DNA of 64,000 bases from Arcobacteraceae bacterium (GCA_963662945.1 OY759974.1:1280001-1344000), one strand, 5' to 3'; shown: positions 42,025-52,226, counted from the first letter of the stretch. Notes: a model not told the origin generated them from the letters alone. Numbers and translations are program-made.

Positions 42025-42144
42025 AATTTATCCTTTTAAATTTATGACACATTGTAATCAAATTGATTACGACGAAAAACATTCTCATTCTATCTCTATC
42101 CTGAGCATAGGGACTTTCACCCTTCGGTATCAATTGATACCTAT
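41785..42144. repeat. 360-bp exact direct repeat, copy 2
   Basis: Identical to 40706-41065. Confidence 0.9.
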
Positions 42145-42182
42145 TATAATAAAATTATTCCGTAACAATTCTTAAAATTAGT

Positions 42183-42383
42183 TTAATTTAAAGTTTCTTC
42201 TAATTTTTTTATTGTTTCTATAGTTTTAATATTACTATTAACACGTTTTTGCATTGCATGTTTCTTAATATGTTTCGCAAGAATTTTTTTATACTTCATA
42301 TAATTTCTTGAATCTATTTCATATCCACACAATTTCTTTTGAATTTTTAAAATATCACTAGGTATAGAACTCATATTTTCCAT
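42183..42383 (-). CDS. Small basic hypothetical protein (66 aa)
   Basis: GGAGGG RBS before ATG 42383 (MENMSSIP...). Confidence 0.65.
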   Translation of the reverse strand: MENMSSIPSDILKIQKKLCGYEIDSRNYMKYKKILAKHIKKHAMQKRVNSNIKTIETIKKLEETLN

Positions 42384-42452
42384 TTTACCCTCCAAGATAT
42401 TAAAATTATTACATAACATTTCTTAAATTTAGATTAATTTTAAGAAAGTTAT

Positions 42453-42485
42453 AAAAAAACCTAAGCTATTACACTTAGGTTTTTT
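42453..42485 (-). terminator. Intrinsic terminator after flagellin 3
   Basis: aaaaaacctaag-ctattaca-cttaggtttttt. Confidence 0.8.
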
Positions 42486-42500
42486 ATATACTAATAAAAT

Positions 42501-43382
42501 CTACTGTAATAATCTTAAAACATTTTGTTGTACATTATTAGCTTGACTTATTGCATAAGTACCTGCTTGAGATATTATATTTTGTTTATTAAAATTTGCA
42601 GATTCTTGTGCATAATCAACATCTCTAATAACTGACTCAGCAGCTTTTGTATTAGTTACTTGAGTCATCATATTTCTAATACTTGACTCTAATTGATTTT
42701 GAGTAGAACCAATATCTGCTCTCCATCCATTTAATTGTGTTAATGCACTATCTATTGATGAAATATATGCTCTTGCAATCGCTTGAGCTGATGCTGCTGT
42801 TGTAGTCGCAGCTGCAAGAAATGCACTTCCTGCTTTAATCATTAGTGCTGACATTTTGTTTAATCCAGTTGTATTAGCTTGTACTCCTGAACCTAATGTA
42901 ATTAAATCAGCTGAAGTAGTACCCATTTGGAATGTTAATTTTACTGATGCACTTGCACCAGCTGCACTTCTTTGTAGCAAAGAAATCCCATTATACGTAG
43001 TTTGTGAAGCTATATTATTAACTTGTTCCAATAGTTTTTTAATATCTTTACCAATTGCTTCAATACCATCTAATGATGTTGTAGCTGTCGATGCCTGAAT
43101 TAATTTTTGTTTTACGATATCTAAAATATTAGATGTTTCTGCCATCGCTTTATCAGCAATTTGAAGCAATGAAACAGCTGAATTACCATTTGCAACAGCT
43201 TGATTTAATCCACTTGCTTGTGTTCTTAGTTTATCAGCAATTGATAAACCAGATGCATCATCTGATGCTTTATTTATTTTAAGACCAGTAGATAACTTTT
43301 CTAAAGAATTAGAAAGAGTAACATTTGTTTGTGCATTTGCTTCAAGTGCAGTAAGTGAAGAAACATTTGTATTGATTCTCAT
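42501..43382 (-). CDS. Flagellin 3
   Basis: Flagellin N- and C-terminal helical domains. Confidence 0.97.
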   Translation of the reverse strand: MRINTNVSSLTALEANAQTNVTLSNSLEKLSTGLKINKASDDASGLSIADKLRTQASGLNQAVANGNSAVSLLQIADKAMAETSNILDIVKQKLIQASTATTSLDGIEAIGKDIKKLLEQVNNIASQTTYNGISLLQRSAAGASASVKLTFQMGTTSADLITLGSGVQANTTGLNKMSALMIKAGSAFLAAATTTAASAQAIARAYISSIDSALTQLNGWRADIGSTQNQLESSIRNMMTQVTNTKAAESVIRDVDYAQESANFNKQNIISQAGTYAISQANNVQQNVLRLLQ

Positions 43383-43510
43383 AATTTATCCTTATTTCCA
43401 ATAGGTTGTATATGTTTTATTGACACATTATATTTGAACAAATCTTAATTTAAGCTTAAATGTATAGCTTTTAATGACCTTTATTCCCTTTATTTATGGG
43501 ATTTGTATTC

Positions 43511-43554
43511 CAATTCTTAATTTGAGATTAACAATAATCTTAAATTAAGAATTG
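43511..43554. terminator. Long hairpin downstream of hom
   Basis: caattcttaatttgagatta-acaa-taatcttaaattaagaattg, 20-bp stem with 1 mismatch. Confidence 0.55.
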
Positions 43555-43580
43555 TAAATCACTATAATTCTACCTTATAA

Positions 43581-44849
43581 TTAATCTTCGATTCGAATCA
43601 TGATAGGTGTAGTTTTTACAACTCCTGAATCTTCCAATTTTTTTAATGCAATTTTAATATCTGATTCTTTACACACATGTGTTGATAAAAGTAAACTAGC
43701 ACTTTGATCATTTTGTTCTTTTTGTATCATTGTTTTTATAGAAATATCTTGTTCTCCAAGTATTGTTGCTACTTTTGCCAATACTCCACTTTTATCTTCT
43801 ACATTTAACCTTATGTAATACTTTGTATAAATATCATCACTTGATGCTAGTGTTAAACTACCTGTTTCCATAGGTTTTGTAAATCCTAACATTGGCGAAC
43901 CTTTTCCTCGCCGTGCGATATCTACAAGATTTGCTATTACTGCACTAGCTGTTGCATCTCCTCCAGCTCCTGGTCCTATATAAAGAGTTTCGCCTACTTT
44001 ATCACCTAAAACACTAATTCCATTCATCACACCATCAACTTTTGCTATCATATCTTGATTACTAATTAATGCTGGGTGAACTCTTAATTCAACTTTACCA
44101 TCTTTGTTTTTCTGAGCTATTGCTAAAAGTTTAATTGAATAATTTTGTTCTCTTGCAAAATAGATATCATCTGCAGAAATATTTTCAATCCCTTCTATAA
44201 GAATATCTTCCGGTTTAGCATCTATCCCATAAGCAATACTTGCTAAAATTAGAAGTTTATGTGCTGCATCAAAACCACCAACATCAAATGTTGGATCTGC
44301 TTCGGCATATCCTAACTCTTGTGCTTCTTTCAAAACATCTTCGTAAGCAATACCCTCATTAATCATCTTAGTTAACATATAATTACAAGTACCATTTAAA
44401 ATACCCCAAATAGAAACGATATGATTTGCACTTAAACCATCCCTTAAAGCATTAATTATAGGAATTCCTCCAGCAACTGCCGCCTCAAATTCAAATGGAG
44501 TATTTCCTGCACACTCCTGTAGCTCATATCTATGATAAGCCAAAAGTGCTTTATTTGCTGTTACTACTGCTTTTCCTTTTTCAAGAGCTTTTTTTACTAC
44601 TGCATAAGGTTTTTCAACACCACCCATAAGTTCTACTACAATATCAATTGAATCATCATCTAAGATATCATCTGGGTTATCGGTAATTTTTATAGATACA
44701 TCTCTTTTTTTAGAAAGATTATTTACAACACCCGCAACAGGAACAATTTCAACTCCTGCACGTGCTGTAATAATATCTTTATTATCTTCTAAAATTTGGC
44801 ATACGCTTGTACCTACAGTTCCAACTCCAATGATACCTACTTTTAACAT
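43581..44849 (-). CDS. hom: Homoserine dehydrogenase
   Basis: GVGTVG, VTANKA, EAAVAGGIP, GYAEADP, C-terminal ACT domain. Confidence 0.96.
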   Translation of the reverse strand: MLKVGIIGVGTVGTSVCQILEDNKDIITARAGVEIVPVAGVVNNLSKKRDVSIKITDNPDDILDDDSIDIVVELMGGVEKPYAVVKKALEKGKAVVTANKALLAYHRYELQECAGNTPFEFEAAVAGGIPIINALRDGLSANHIVSIWGILNGTCNYMLTKMINEGIAYEDVLKEAQELGYAEADPTFDVGGFDAAHKLLILASIAYGIDAKPEDILIEGIENISADDIYFAREQNYSIKLLAIAQKNKDGKVELRVHPALISNQDMIAKVDGVMNGISVLGDKVGETLYIGPGAGGDATASAVIANLVDIARRGKGSPMLGFTKPMETGSLTLASSDDIYTKYYIRLNVEDKSGVLAKVATILGEQDISIKTMIQKEQNDQSASLLLSTHVCKESDIKIALKKLEDSGVVKTTPIMIRIED

Positions 44850-46094
44850 TTATTTTTCCTCATCCTCTGATTCTGGAATTTCACATCCATCATATTGTTT
44901 TAAAAATCTTTTTATATTCTTTGCAGCTTGTCTAATTCTCTTATCATTTTCAATTAATGCAATTCTTACGTAGCCTTCACCATAATCACCAAAACCAATA
45001 CCTGGTGCAACTGCAACATCTGCTTCCACTAATAGTTTTTTAGAGAATTCTAAACTTCCAAGATGTTCTACACATTTTGGTATTTTTGCCCATACAAACA
45101 TACTTGCTTTATTTTTTCGCAAAGGCCATCCAGCATTGTTAAAAGCCTCAATAAGTACATCTTGCCGATGATCATATTTATCTATAATATCCTTTACACA
45201 TTGTTGATCTCCATTAAGGGCAACTGTCGCTGCTACTTGAATAGGAGTAAACATCCCATAATCAAGCCAAGATTTAATTTTTTGTAAAGCTCCTATAAGC
45301 TTTTTATTCCCAACAAAGAAACCAACTCTCCATCCAGCCATATTATATGATTTACTCAATGTAAAACTTTCAACCGCCACATCAAGTGCCCCTGGCACCT
45401 CAAGGATTGAAGGAGTTTTGTATCCATCAAAAGTGATATCACCATAGGCAATATCCGAAATTACATAAAATCTCTCTTTTTTTGCCATCGCCACAAGTCT
45501 TACATAAAAATCTGGAGTCACTGTCGCCGTACTTGGATTATGCGGAAAATTTACTACTACATATTTTGGTTTTGGACTTGCTTCTTTAAAAACTCTCTCT
45601 AAATCTTTAAAAAATTGATCTTCATCAACATTATAGTCCTCATCAAATACTAATCCAAATTTATGGACATTTCCTCCTGCTAATATAAACGCATAAGAGT
45701 GTATTGGATATGTTGGATCTGGTACCACTGCCACATCCCCTGGATTAGTAATAGCATACGCAAGATGTGCATATCCCTCTTTACTCCCAATCGTTGCCAC
45801 ACATTGAGTTTGTGGATCCACAATTACATTGTATTTTCGTTTATACCAATCTGCTATTGCTTGTAAAAGTTTAGGAATCCCTTTTGAGGAAGAGTATCCA
45901 TGCGTTTTTGTTTTTTGCGCAGATTCTACTAATTTTTCACGAATATGCTCTGGAGTATCTCCATCAGGATTTCCCATAGAAAAATCAATTACATCATGCC
46001 CTGCTCTTCTTTGAGCCATTTTTAACTCATTTACTTCTGCAAACACATATTTTGGTAATCTTTCAATTCTATCAAACTTTATCTCATCAAACAT
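44850..46094 (-). CDS. Class I/II PLP aminotransferase (AlaC/DapL-like)
   Basis: GSKEG, NFPHNP, DIAY, SKSYNMAGWRVG. Confidence 0.88.
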   Translation of the reverse strand: MFDEIKFDRIERLPKYVFAEVNELKMAQRRAGHDVIDFSMGNPDGDTPEHIREKLVESAQKTKTHGYSSSKGIPKLLQAIADWYKRKYNVIVDPQTQCVATIGSKEGYAHLAYAITNPGDVAVVPDPTYPIHSYAFILAGGNVHKFGLVFDEDYNVDEDQFFKDLERVFKEASPKPKYVVVNFPHNPSTATVTPDFYVRLVAMAKKERFYVISDIAYGDITFDGYKTPSILEVPGALDVAVESFTLSKSYNMAGWRVGFFVGNKKLIGALQKIKSWLDYGMFTPIQVAATVALNGDQQCVKDIIDKYDHRQDVLIEAFNNAGWPLRKNKASMFVWAKIPKCVEHLGSLEFSKKLLVEADVAVAPGIGFGDYGEGYVRIALIENDKRIRQAAKNIKRFLKQYDGCEIPESEDEEK

Positions 46095-46113
46095 TGTTTC
46101 TCCTTTATCTTAC

Positions 46114-46929
46114 TCATCTAACTATGATGGTAAGTCCCCTTTTAATATTAATTAAATTATAAAGGTCTGTAACCTTTACATATCTCGTACCTTCTGGTAC
46201 TTTTGTTTTTATCCCTTTATACTCTCTATCTTTTTTAATTACACCTAATACTTGTAAATCTTTATCAAAAAAGACAATATGAGGATACCAATTATTTAAA
46301 TTTCTACTAATTACTTGTAATTCTTTTATATCATCAACTTGTAAAAAAAATGCTCTTAAAGGCTTTTGAAACCTTACTTTTTCATTTTTTTCTATCTTTA
46401 TAGCTTTGCTTAATCTTGAATTATCAAACTCTATTTCATAATACCAATTATTAGCATCTTTTACGACTAAATCATTTACTCTACAATTATTCAGTCGTAA
46501 CTCTTTTATAAAGATAACTGGATCTAACATATATTCAGCTTTAAATACTACATTCCACAATAATTCGTCTTGTGTATTTAAACTCATACTACTTGTAAAA
46601 AAATATCTATAACCAAGTGATTGTAAAGTATCATTTAATATTTTATAGGCTTTAATGTTCTTACCTAACATTTTAAATTCTATTTTTATATCCGTAGGTT
46701 GGTTTAATCGTAAATTTAAAAGTCCATTTTGTTGTAATACCTCAAAAAGCTTAAGATATTCTATTTTATCATTATGCAAAAATTTTTTTTCATCTTTCAA
46801 TAAAAGTTCAATAAGACCTTTATGTACTTGAAAATTTTGATTTCCAACAATCGATTGCACTTTTTCTTCTAATAAAGTTGCATTAAGCGTTAATGATAAT
46901 ATAAATGAATAGACTAATATTTTAAACAT
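46114..46929 (-). CDS. Exported hypothetical protein
   Basis: Signal peptide; intact ORF in rlmB-hom run. Confidence 0.6.
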   Translation of the reverse strand: MFKILVYSFILSLTLNATLLEEKVQSIVGNQNFQVHKGLIELLLKDEKKFLHNDKIEYLKLFEVLQQNGLLNLRLNQPTDIKIEFKMLGKNIKAYKILNDTLQSLGYRYFFTSSMSLNTQDELLWNVVFKAEYMLDPVIFIKELRLNNCRVNDLVVKDANNWYYEIEFDNSRLSKAIKIEKNEKVRFQKPLRAFFLQVDDIKELQVISRNLNNWYPHIVFFDKDLQVLGVIKKDREYKGIKTKVPEGTRYVKVTDLYNLINIKRGLTIIVR

Positions 46930-46932
46930 TTT

Positions 46933-47616
46933 CTATTTTAACTCATAAATTAATATGCCAGCTGCCACGGATACATTTAAACTATCAAAATTATTTTCCA
47001 TATTTATTGATACTTTTAAATCAAGTTTTTTCTTTAATTTATTTGATAGTCCTTCAGATTCATTTCCTAAAAATAATGCGGTTTTTTGACCACTTTCTCT
47101 AGTTATAGATTTTACTTCATATCCATCCATATCAGCACCAACAAGACTAAATCCAACTTGTTTTAACTCATTTGCAAGATCATAACTACTTTGTGTAGTT
47201 GCTACTGGCATATCAAGCATTGCTCCACTACTAGTACGAATAACTGGTGCTGCATTAAAGTTTTTTAAACCACATACAACTACACTATCCACACCCAGTG
47301 CATAACAAGTTCTTACAATTGCCCCAATGTTTCCAACATCGCTTAATCCATCAAGAACAACTATAAATTCACCTTGTTTTATATCTTTTATTTGAGTAAA
47401 TTCAAACTCTTCAATATCTAGCAAAAATCCTTGATGGTTTCCACCACGAGCCAAACTTTGTGCTTTTTTACTGTCAGGTCTTATTATCTTTACACCAATA
47501 TCCATAAATTTTTTAAACAGTTTTGGTTCTATCTCTTTTGTTAAATAGATCTGTTTTATCAATTTTGGATGATGTTCTAAAATATAAAATACTATTTGTT
47601 TTCCGTATACTATCAT
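46933..47616 (-). CDS. rlmB: 23S rRNA 2'-O-methyltransferase (SpoU family)
   Basis: NHQG, DVGNIGAIVRT, GNESEG, DSLNVSVAAG. Confidence 0.88.
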   Translation of the reverse strand: MIVYGKQIVFYILEHHPKLIKQIYLTKEIEPKLFKKFMDIGVKIIRPDSKKAQSLARGGNHQGFLLDIEEFEFTQIKDIKQGEFIVVLDGLSDVGNIGAIVRTCYALGVDSVVVCGLKNFNAAPVIRTSSGAMLDMPVATTQSSYDLANELKQVGFSLVGADMDGYEVKSITRESGQKTALFLGNESEGLSNKLKKKLDLKVSINMENNFDSLNVSVAAGILIYELK

Positions 47617-47671
47617 CTTGGGATTTTATCAAAATACAACTTAAATGTTGTATTGATTTTTGTAGTTTATT

Positions 47672-48073
47672 TTATTGGCACTTTTTACAAGTTCCAGAGA
47701 TAACAACATCACTTTGAGATACTGTAAAATCGTATTTTTTTGCAATATCTCTAGTAATATTTTCTGTCTCTACTTGTATATCTATAACTTCTCCACAAGA
47801 ATTACATAAAAGATGTGAATGTTCCTCTTTTATAATCTCATATACTGACTTTTCATTTGGTAATTTTACCTCTTGTAAAAGTAAGTTTTTTGTCATCGCG
47901 TTTATATTCTTATATATAGTTGCTAGGGAAATTGAATCAAACTTTTGTTTAACCTCATCATAAAGTTTGTCAATATTAATGTGTCCATATAAAAATATAC
48001 TCTCTAAGATAGCTAACCTTTGTGGGGTTGCTTTTAAATGGTGTTCTCTTAATATATTTGTAAAATCTTTCAT
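47672..48073 (-). CDS. perR: Fur-family regulator, PerR-like
   Basis: LKATPQR, SLATIYK, HSHLLCNSC, CKKC; divergent from peroxide defence genes. Confidence 0.8.
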   Translation of the reverse strand: MKDFTNILREHHLKATPQRLAILESIFLYGHINIDKLYDEVKQKFDSISLATIYKNINAMTKNLLLQEVKLPNEKSVYEIIKEEHSHLLCNSCGEVIDIQVETENITRDIAKKYDFTVSQSDVVISGTCKKCQ

Positions 48074-48116
48074 AATGTTATTATACTGTAACTTTTCTAT
48101 AATTTTATTTTTAATT

Positions 48117-48132
48117 AATAATAATTATTATT
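48117..48132. promoter_or_regulatory. Fur/PerR-box-like palindrome
   Basis: Perfect palindrome AATAATAATTATTATT in the divergent intergenic region. Confidence 0.6.
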
Positions 48133-48224
48133 TACATATTTCATTTTATTTTTATATAAGATTTATTGCCCTACAATTTCTTTATGGAAAAAAATTATCC
48201 ATTAGAAAATCAAAAGGAGACATT

Positions 48225-48740
48225 ATGGCTAGAGTTGGCAATTCAATAATCAAAGGATTAGAGATACAAGAGATTATAAATCTTTTGAATAAAGCTTATG
48301 CAGATGAGTGGTTAGCATACTATCAATATTTTATTGAGGGTAAAGTTGTAAAAGGTATAATGAAAGATGCAGCAATTGCAGAGCTTACACAACATGCGAC
48401 AGATGAACTAAGACATGCTAATATGATTGCAGATAGGATTTTACAACTTGGTGGAACACCTTTACTGCACCCCAATGACTGGATGAAATACACAAATTGT
48501 GGTTATGAAGCTCCAAATAATTTTGATGTAGTAAGTATTTTAAATGATGCTATCAAAGGGGAACAATGTGCTATTAAAACTTATAGTAGTATAGTTGATC
48601 TTACAAAAGATAAAGATATTGTGACTTATGATATAGTAAGTCAAATACTTGCCGATGAAGTAGAACATGAGGAAGATTTACAAGCTCTTCATGATGATAT
48701 TACAGAATTTGTCAATGATTTGAAAAAAAATATGCAATAA
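48225..48740 (+). CDS. DPS-like (DPSL) ferritin-family protein
   Basis: AAGGAG RBS before ATG 48225; ADEWLAYYQY, DELRHA, NCGY, EQCAI, DEVEHE. Confidence 0.82.
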   Translation: MARVGNSIIKGLEIQEIINLLNKAYADEWLAYYQYFIEGKVVKGIMKDAAIAELTQHATDELRHANMIADRILQLGGTPLLHPNDWMKYTNCGYEAPNNFDVVSILNDAIKGEQCAIKTYSSIVDLTKDKDIVTYDIVSQILADEVEHEEDLQALHDDITEFVNDLKKNMQ

Positions 48741-48756
48741 ACAAAAGGAAAAATAG

Positions 48757-49416
48757 ATGAAAAAATATGAAACGTATAAATGTCCTAAGTGTGGAAATGA
48801 AGTTGAATTACAAGTAGTTGGTGGTGGGAAGCTAGTTTGTTGTGGTGTACCTATGGAATGTATCACAGAAAATCTTACCGCTGTTAATCTAATGAAAGCT
48901 TTTGCAGGAGAATCTCAAGCAAGAAATAAATATGAATTTTTTGCAGATATAGCTTTCGAAGAGGGTTATCACAGAATTGCAAGATTTTTACAAGAAGCCG
49001 CTGACAATGAAAAATACCACGCAATGGCAGAATATACAGCATATAACAAATTAGTACATGATTTTGAATTTGATTCAACAGCTAAAAACCTTGTTTATGC
49101 AGCTGAAGGTGAGAAATATGAGCATGAAATTATGTATCCTGAATTTGAAGAGATTGCAAAAGAAGAAGGATTAAAAGAGATTGCAAGAATGTTTAAAGCA
49201 ATTGGGAAAGTTGAAGTTGAGCATGAAAAAGAATATAGAGAATTACTTGAAGAATTAGAAAAAGAAGGATTCTTTGGCAGCGATGAAGATGAAGAATGGG
49301 TTTGTGAAGTGTGTGGTCACGTACACAAAGGGAAAAAACCTCCAGGGGCCTGTCCATTATGTAAAGTAGATAAAGAATACTTCAAAAAAAGATCAAAAGA
49401 TGTAACAATAGGGTAA
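48757..49416 (+). CDS. Desulforubrerythrin-type rubrerythrin
   Basis: N-terminal CPKC..CCG, AFAGESQA, EKYH/EVEH diiron motifs, C-terminal CEVC..CPLC. Confidence 0.9.
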   Translation: MKKYETYKCPKCGNEVELQVVGGGKLVCCGVPMECITENLTAVNLMKAFAGESQARNKYEFFADIAFEEGYHRIARFLQEAADNEKYHAMAEYTAYNKLVHDFEFDSTAKNLVYAAEGEKYEHEIMYPEFEEIAKEEGLKEIARMFKAIGKVEVEHEKEYRELLEELEKEGFFGSDEDEEWVCEVCGHVHKGKKPPGACPLCKVDKEYFKKRSKDVTIG

Positions 49417-49453
49417 TAACTTTTACTCAATAATCACTGTAAAGGTGCTATAA

Positions 49454-50299
49454 ATGGAAAATTTAACTTTAAACAATTATCTAATAGCATTTTTACTGAC
49501 ACTTTTTGCAGGACTTAGCACTAGTATTGGTGCTATACTTGCATTTTTTTCAAAAGAAAAAAATTATACTGTTCTATCTATAGGTATGGGATTCTCTGCT
49601 GGCGTTATGATATATGTTTCTTTTATAGAGATACTAAAAAAATCACAAGATGCCTTTACCTCTATATTTCAAAATGAAATTACAGGGGAAACTGTAGCCC
49701 TTATTTGTTTTTTTCTTGGAATAGGACTTAGTGCTTTAATAGATAGGCTTATCCCTGATGATGTAAATCCTCATGAAACAAAAAGCTATAAAGAACTTCA
49801 AGAACTAAAACCTCATAATAAAAACTCTGTACTAAAAAATAGCTCTTTACACAGAACTGGTATTTTTACAGCACTTGCTATTGGAATACATAATTTTCCA
49901 GAAGGATTTGCAACTTTTATATCAGCACTTGATAATATTACTTTAGGAATAACTATAGCCCTTGCTATTGCAATCCATAATATACCTGAAGGTATGGCCG
50001 TTTCTTTGCCTATTTACCATGCAACAGGGAATAAGAAAAAAGCATTCTGGTATGCGACACTTTCAGGCTTGGCAGAACCAATTGGAGCATTATTAGGATT
50101 TTTTTTATTATTACCTATTATGGGAGAAGCAACTCTAGGAATTACCTTTGGTGTAGTTGCAGGTATTATGATATATATCTCTTTTGATGAACTTTTACCT
50201 TCTGCTAGAGTTTATGGAAATGCCCATACAACTATTTTAGGATTAGTATTGGGTATGTTAATAATGGCAAGTAGCTTAATTCTCTTCAAATTTATTTGA
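49454..50299 (+). CDS. zupT: ZIP-family metal transporter
   Basis: HNFPEG, HNIPEG, GLAEPIG, DELLP. Confidence 0.9.
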   Translation: MENLTLNNYLIAFLLTLFAGLSTSIGAILAFFSKEKNYTVLSIGMGFSAGVMIYVSFIEILKKSQDAFTSIFQNEITGETVALICFFLGIGLSALIDRLIPDDVNPHETKSYKELQELKPHNKNSVLKNSSLHRTGIFTALAIGIHNFPEGFATFISALDNITLGITIALAIAIHNIPEGMAVSLPIYHATGNKKKAFWYATLSGLAEPIGALLGFFLLLPIMGEATLGITFGVVAGIMIYISFDELLPSARVYGNAHTTILGLVLGMLIMASSLILFKFI

Positions 50300-50420
50300 A
50301 ATTTCTATATAAAAATATTATAAAATGAATCTTAAAGGAAAAAGTTTATTACTTAATTATGTGTTAACTTAAACTTTTTTCGTTACAATTCTCAAAATAA
50401 AAATTTAAAAGGAAATAAAT

Positions 50421-51017
50421 ATGTTAGTAACAACAAAAGCTCCAGATTTTACAGCAACAGCTGTACTTGCAGACGGTCAAATAGTAGAAGATTTTAATTT
50501 AATGAAAAACTTAGGTTCAAAAGGTGCCGTATTATTTTTCTACCCATTAGACTTTACATTCGTATGTCCATCAGAAATTATTGCATTCTCTCACAGAATT
50601 GAAGAGTTTACTTCAAGAGGAATTAATGTAATTGGTGTATCTGTAGATTCACAATTCTCACACTTTGCATGGAGAGAAACTCCAATTGAAAAAGGTGGAA
50701 TTGGAAGAATTAAATACCCACTAGTTGCTGACTTAAGTAAACAAATTTCAAAAGACTATGATGTATTATTTGGAGATTCTGTTGCTTTAAGAGGATCATT
50801 CTTAATTGATGCTGATGGTACAATTAGACATGCAGTTATCAATGACTTACCTCTAGGAAGAAACATTGATGAGATGATTAGAATGGTTGATACAATGTTA
50901 TTTACAAACGAGCATGGTGAAGTTTGTCCTGCAGGTTGGACAAAAGGTGACGAAGGTATGAAAGCTTCAACAGAAGGTGTTGCTGCATACTTAGAAAAAA
51001 ATGCTGAAAAATTATAA
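50421..51017 (+). CDS. ahpC: 2-Cys peroxiredoxin
   Basis: FYPLDFTFVCPSE, GEVCPAGW. Confidence 0.95.
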   Translation: MLVTTKAPDFTATAVLADGQIVEDFNLMKNLGSKGAVLFFYPLDFTFVCPSEIIAFSHRIEEFTSRGINVIGVSVDSQFSHFAWRETPIEKGGIGRIKYPLVADLSKQISKDYDVLFGDSVALRGSFLIDADGTIRHAVINDLPLGRNIDEMIRMVDTMLFTNEHGEVCPAGWTKGDEGMKASTEGVAAYLEKNAEKL

Positions 51018-51039
51018 TAATTAATTCATTTTAATCTTT

Positions 51040-51070
51040 AAGGGGAGATGTGAAAACATCTCCCCTTTTT
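51040..51070 (+). terminator. Intrinsic terminator after ahpC
   Basis: aggggagatg-tgaaaa-catctcccct followed by a T-run. Confidence 0.85.
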
Positions 51071-52188
51071 TATGGATGGATTACTATTTCGGTAATCTCA
51101 GAAGTAGCACCTAATCGCATAGGTGGTCCCCAAAAACCTGTTCCTTTATTTACATAAATTTGTAAATTTTCATTATGTTGATGTAAACCTTCAATATAAG
51201 GTTGAACTATTTTAACCAAAAATCTAAATGGATAAAGCTGTCCACCATGCGTATGCCCACTTAACATCAAATCAACTTCCTCTTTAACTTCATCTATAAA
51301 TTTTGGCTGATGGGCTAAAAGAACTGTAGGAGAATTTTTTTCTATATTTAAAAGAGCTTTTTTAATATCTGGTATATATCTATTGATCCTATATCCAAAA
51401 ACATCATAAACTCCTGCAAGATTAAATCCTTTATCTTTTTCTCCTATATAAATATTTTCATTTTCTAATACCGTTATCCCTAATGATTTAACAGTAGCTA
51501 CAATTTCTTCAATTCCATGAAAATACTCATGATTTCCTACTATAAAATAAGTTCCATAAGAAGATTTTAATTTTATAAATTGCTCCAAAGCTTTTTTTGC
51601 TGAACTTATTTTTATATCTATTAAATCTCCAGTGATAACAACTAAATCTGGCTTTAATTCATTTACCTTATTAACAATATCTCCAATAAATTTTTCATCT
51701 ATAAGTCCACCAATATGAATATCACTCAACTGTACTATTTTATATGGTTGTTTTAGATTTTTTAATTTTATATCTACTTTTTCAATTTTTACAAACCTCG
51801 CTTCGTATAAAGCCCTCCCACTTAAAGCAACTGCTCCAAATAAAGAAAATATATCAAGTGATTTTTTTAAAAACTTTCTTCTTGAGGATTGAAGTGGTAT
51901 ATTCTCTATAGTGACTCTAGCGATATCATAAATTACTGCCGTACAAAAAAGTAAAAACAATACACCTATAGGAAGTGAAAATAAAAAATAAAGAGTATTA
52001 GGGATATTTGCATAATATCTCCCACTTAAATATCCAATAATCCCTATAAAATTTATCACTAAGAATATATTAAAATACTTTTTATACTTTCTATTGATAT
52101 CTAGTTTTTCTATAAACCTTTTAGATACATAAAAACTTATCAGCACAAACACAATCAAAAAAATTATCATAAATATTGTTATTCTCAT
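51070..52188 (-). CDS. Membrane-anchored metallophosphoesterase
   Basis: SDIH, TGDLID, GNHE, GHTHGGQ; N-terminal TM helices. Confidence 0.9.
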   Translation of the reverse strand: MRITIFMIIFLIVFVLISFYVSKRFIEKLDINRKYKKYFNIFLVINFIGIIGYLSGRYYANIPNTLYFLFSLPIGVLFLLFCTAVIYDIARVTIENIPLQSSRRKFLKKSLDIFSLFGAVALSGRALYEARFVKIEKVDIKLKNLKQPYKIVQLSDIHIGGLIDEKFIGDIVNKVNELKPDLVVITGDLIDIKISSAKKALEQFIKLKSSYGTYFIVGNHEYFHGIEEIVATVKSLGITVLENENIYIGEKDKGFNLAGVYDVFGYRINRYIPDIKKALLNIEKNSPTVLLAHQPKFIDEVKEEVDLMLSGHTHGGQLYPFRFLVKIVQPYIEGLHQHNENLQIYVNKGTGFWGPPMRLGATSEITEIVIHP

Positions 52189-52226
52189 AACTAAAAGTAT
52201 ATACTTAATTTGCTATAATCCACTTT

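Noticed and set aside
47967-48224. N-terminal extension of the ferritin ORF in the track
   Set aside because: Overlaps perR antisense; a good RBS supports ATG 48225
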